A stretch of DNA of 64,000 nt from Eutreptiella sp. 'Long Island Sound 2002'. Lineage: Eukaryota > Protista > Euglenida. The stretch lies in contig OZ038378.1 in assembly GCA_964036045.1 (NCBI GenBank), positions 145,762,001 through 145,826,000 on the forward strand. The letters run 5' to 3'. The translations under genes were made by a program, and so were the position numbers. A model generated the notes under the pieces. It saw only the letters and a list, made by a program, of their open reading frames with translations. It had not been told where the DNA came from and made no database searches. Shown one piece after another: positions 61,330 to 64,000 of this stretch; position 1 is the first letter of the stretch; every line of letters begins with the position of its first letter.

Positions 61330-62719
61330 CTGTGAGCGGCAGGACTGATGGGAGGCGTGCACAGAGTAGAGGCAGAGTCAGAGGCAGAGGCACAGTTGGA
61401 GGCAGAGGTCGAGGTGGAGGCAGAGGTAGAGGTGGAGGTGGTATAAGTGCAGGTAGAGGTAGAGGTGGAGGTGGAAGCAAAGTGAATTGCACCAAAGTAC
61501 AAAACACTCGAGGCCAAACAATGTCTTCAGCCGCCGCACCAAGGCGGTAGCAAGATACTGCAAGTTTCATATCTCTGAGCATCGGTGGCGAATCTGCCAA
61601 CTTTTCGCGTTTTAGGGGGTCGCTGCCCTTGTTGCCACATTTGTGTCCACTGAGTGTCCCATAGGGGGGGGGTATGTGGGGTGGATTCGGAAAGCCCTTG
61701 AAAATGGCTATTCGTGACACCCAGGTTTGCATGCTGTACGGACAATATGTTTGAGATTTCTGTCCGTTTAGGACGGTGCCTGTGTGGTTCGCTGCCTCGT
61801 TTTGTCGACAGTCAGCCACCATGTCCTCAGATAAATTCACGCCACGTGCTGTTGCTTCCCCCGATGCACCACAAAAGCCTTTGGTGCGCAAACGAGCTCG
61901 CTCTGGGGGTGCTACGTGGGTGCATGTGCGTGAGCCTGACAGCCGGGCCAAAAAGCCTTGTACTGCCAAGTCGCAGCAACCTGCACGCACTGACAAAGAG
62001 CACCAAATTCTGTCCACTGCTGAGGCCACTAATTTTGCCGCCCAGTATCGGGATAAAACGACATACCCCACCAAGGTTGCACAGCAGGAATTTTTGGCCA
62101 CGTGCATTGACGTCAATGTCGACAAGAACCTGAAGTGCAAACATCGACAGAAGTACACGATCAAAAGGGGGCATTGAACAAAAAGCAACGTAAATGACGA
62201 TGATGTTCTGAATAAACATGATGGATCTGTGCAGTACATGTTTGTGTGCCCCGTCCAATGGGCAGCTCTGTATTGAGAAATGTGAGCACCCCCCCCCCCC
62301 AACCCCCAACCCCAACCCATACATTTCTGAAACGGCCTTTTCTCACAGATTTCAAAAAGTATACACATACCCCCCCCCCCCCCTAACGTGGTGACATGTT
62401 TGTACATCGGCACAAAAATTGTAAACAATTACAAAAAAGTGGCAAAACGCACAAGTTGGCAGCTTCTGAATGAGGCCGAGAGATATGTATCATCTGATAA
62501 TGGCATAAAAACCCGAAATGGTCAATTTTGGGCTTTAAAAACAGGGCATTTTGAATCACACATGGGGTGCACCGCTGGAAGCGCTCCGCCGGAACCCCCC
62601 TTCAAGTGCAAATTTTCAGCACTTCTTAGTTTCCGATGCAAAGGATGTTGCCATCACCCGTTGCACACCCAAATGTCTTGCACTATGACCCCCTTGCTAG
62701 TACAAATCTTGGCCATTGC

Positions 62720-63500
62720 CGGTCACCCCGCCCTTGCAGAGCACTTGAGCACGCAAAACTGCTCGGGCCCTGCTAGAACCCCCTTGTTGCAAGCTTCCAA
62801 CAGCTTTTGAGGCCCCCTTCCAGCGCTTGAAGCCCCGCTAGAACCCCATTCCAGTGCCCCCTTCCACTGCTGGAACCCCCCCTTCCAGTGTTGGCACCCC
62901 AACCTTACGGCACACACCCCGGCTTCACTACCACGTTTGCCAAAGGCAGAAACGCATTCGATGTCAACTCGGTTGTCCCGCGCGGCATCCTTGCCGTTTA
63001 ACGGTGTTGTCTCTTCAATGATGCACGGCACTTGCGTGCATATATAGTGCCACGAGCCAATTTGCATGTTCTCCATGTTAAGCACACGGTGCAAATCCCG
63101 TTATGATACACAAGCTTTTGTAGCGACCAACCATGAATAGAGTTTTTCACTTGCACCTTCAATCGGTAGGGCCGGTGTCAGTCCGGCCGGCACACCTGAA
63201 AATAAATATAATGTGTGGTATTTGGCAAGGAAGTAGTGGGAGTGGGCCACAGTCCAATGGACCCATGGAGTGGGCTTCCACCCCAACTTCTCCCAACATG
63301 TCCCGATGCTTCTACACAAAGTTTTGGCACAAGCCACCTCGACATCTATCAGAGAAACCTTCTTTCGCCATAATTTTTGAAGTGCACAAAAATCATGCCA
63401 AAAAACGGCAACAAGAACATCTATGCACACAAATTTGGAAACAACGGTTGAAAAGTGGGTTTGGAGACAAGCCATTGTTGAAATGTGGGTCGGTCCCAAA
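62720..63500 (-). mobile_element. decayed DNA-transposon-like coding remnant
   Basis: Frameshifted protein-like text ...WEKLGWKPTPWVHWTVAHSHYFLAKYHTLYLFSG...; superfamily uncertain. Confidence 0.35.
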
Positions 63501-63943
63501 ACAGTCTCGCCGTGCTGATGTCAAATGTTCCCTCCTTCACTTTTCGAGGGAGAAGCTCCTTGCGCTCCGAGGCAGGAATAGAGTGGGCCTCATGCAACAA
63601 ATCCATCCAAATTTCATTCTAGTCGCGTGCCATGGCACGCCTGCCAACCACACCCACTAATCATCGTGCAACACCACACAATCGCTTTTTGAAAGCGTTG
63701 GTCACGCAGCAAGGAACATGGACCACATCTCCCACCCGGCCGTCTGGATTGATACTCCGCGGGAATGAGCCCCAACAATTGGGCTATAATTGCTTCATGG
63801 CTATGGCCCAGTAGTGCATAAAAAAATAGGTTGCCATCACTTTATGCACGGCAAATCGCTGCACGGTCGCACTACCGTAAGCACAATGTTGCTCAGTGTT
63901 GCAAAGATGAGAAACGTGACACTAGACTGGACTAAGCTGGACT

Positions 63944-63980
63944 CACACACATCACACACTCACACACACACACACACACT
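63944..63980. repeat. (CA)n microsatellite
   Basis: Direct reading. Confidence 0.9.
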
Positions 63981-64000
63981 AACAAGGGTGTCTCTTTAGG

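Noticed and set aside
61307-62428. 373-aa minus ORF and 133-aa plus ORF (61776-62177) as upstream methyltransferase exons or a gene
   Set aside because: No methyltransferase motif I, codon style unlike host exons and no clear splice pairs; probably intron or TE-derived.
1-64000. tRNA, rRNA or spliced-leader RNA genes
   Set aside because: None recognisable by eye; a tRNAscan-SE/Infernal scan would be needed to exclude them.

Overview
Repeat-rich eukaryotic genomic DNA: very GC-rich exons separated by long GT-AG introns full of MITEs, decayed transposons and micro/minisatellites. The repeat style resembles euglenid genomes as I remember them; this is inference only. Four protein-coding loci are supportable: (1) a 3-exon, signal-anchored class I SAM methyltransferase (+, 2853-7021); (2) a giant single-exon low-complexity protein with a CEP350/TRM-type (DUF4378-like) C-terminus (-, 22244-28444); (3) a 6-exon gene of about 3877 aa (-, 53955-36861) that reads in one frame as ADP-ribosyltransferase, then NACHT NTPase, then an axonemal-type dynein heavy-chain motor; (4) the last exon of a second methyltransferase (-, 61329-60964). 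Locus 3 is the standout. Its dynein ring lacks the microtubule-binding stalk, has a natural E-to-Q change in the AAA1 Walker B and a shortened AAA3 P-loop. The ART (R, S-x-T, E-x-E) and NACHT motifs look intact. This suggests a dynein repurposed as a non-motile sensor or scaffold in an NLR-like enzyme. All five of its introns are bounded by 7-11 bp direct repeats. Also present: an RNase H-bearing LINE split by a 144-bp hairpin satellite, a PIF/Harbinger family with 3-bp TSDs, and a stray DBP10 helicase fragment.
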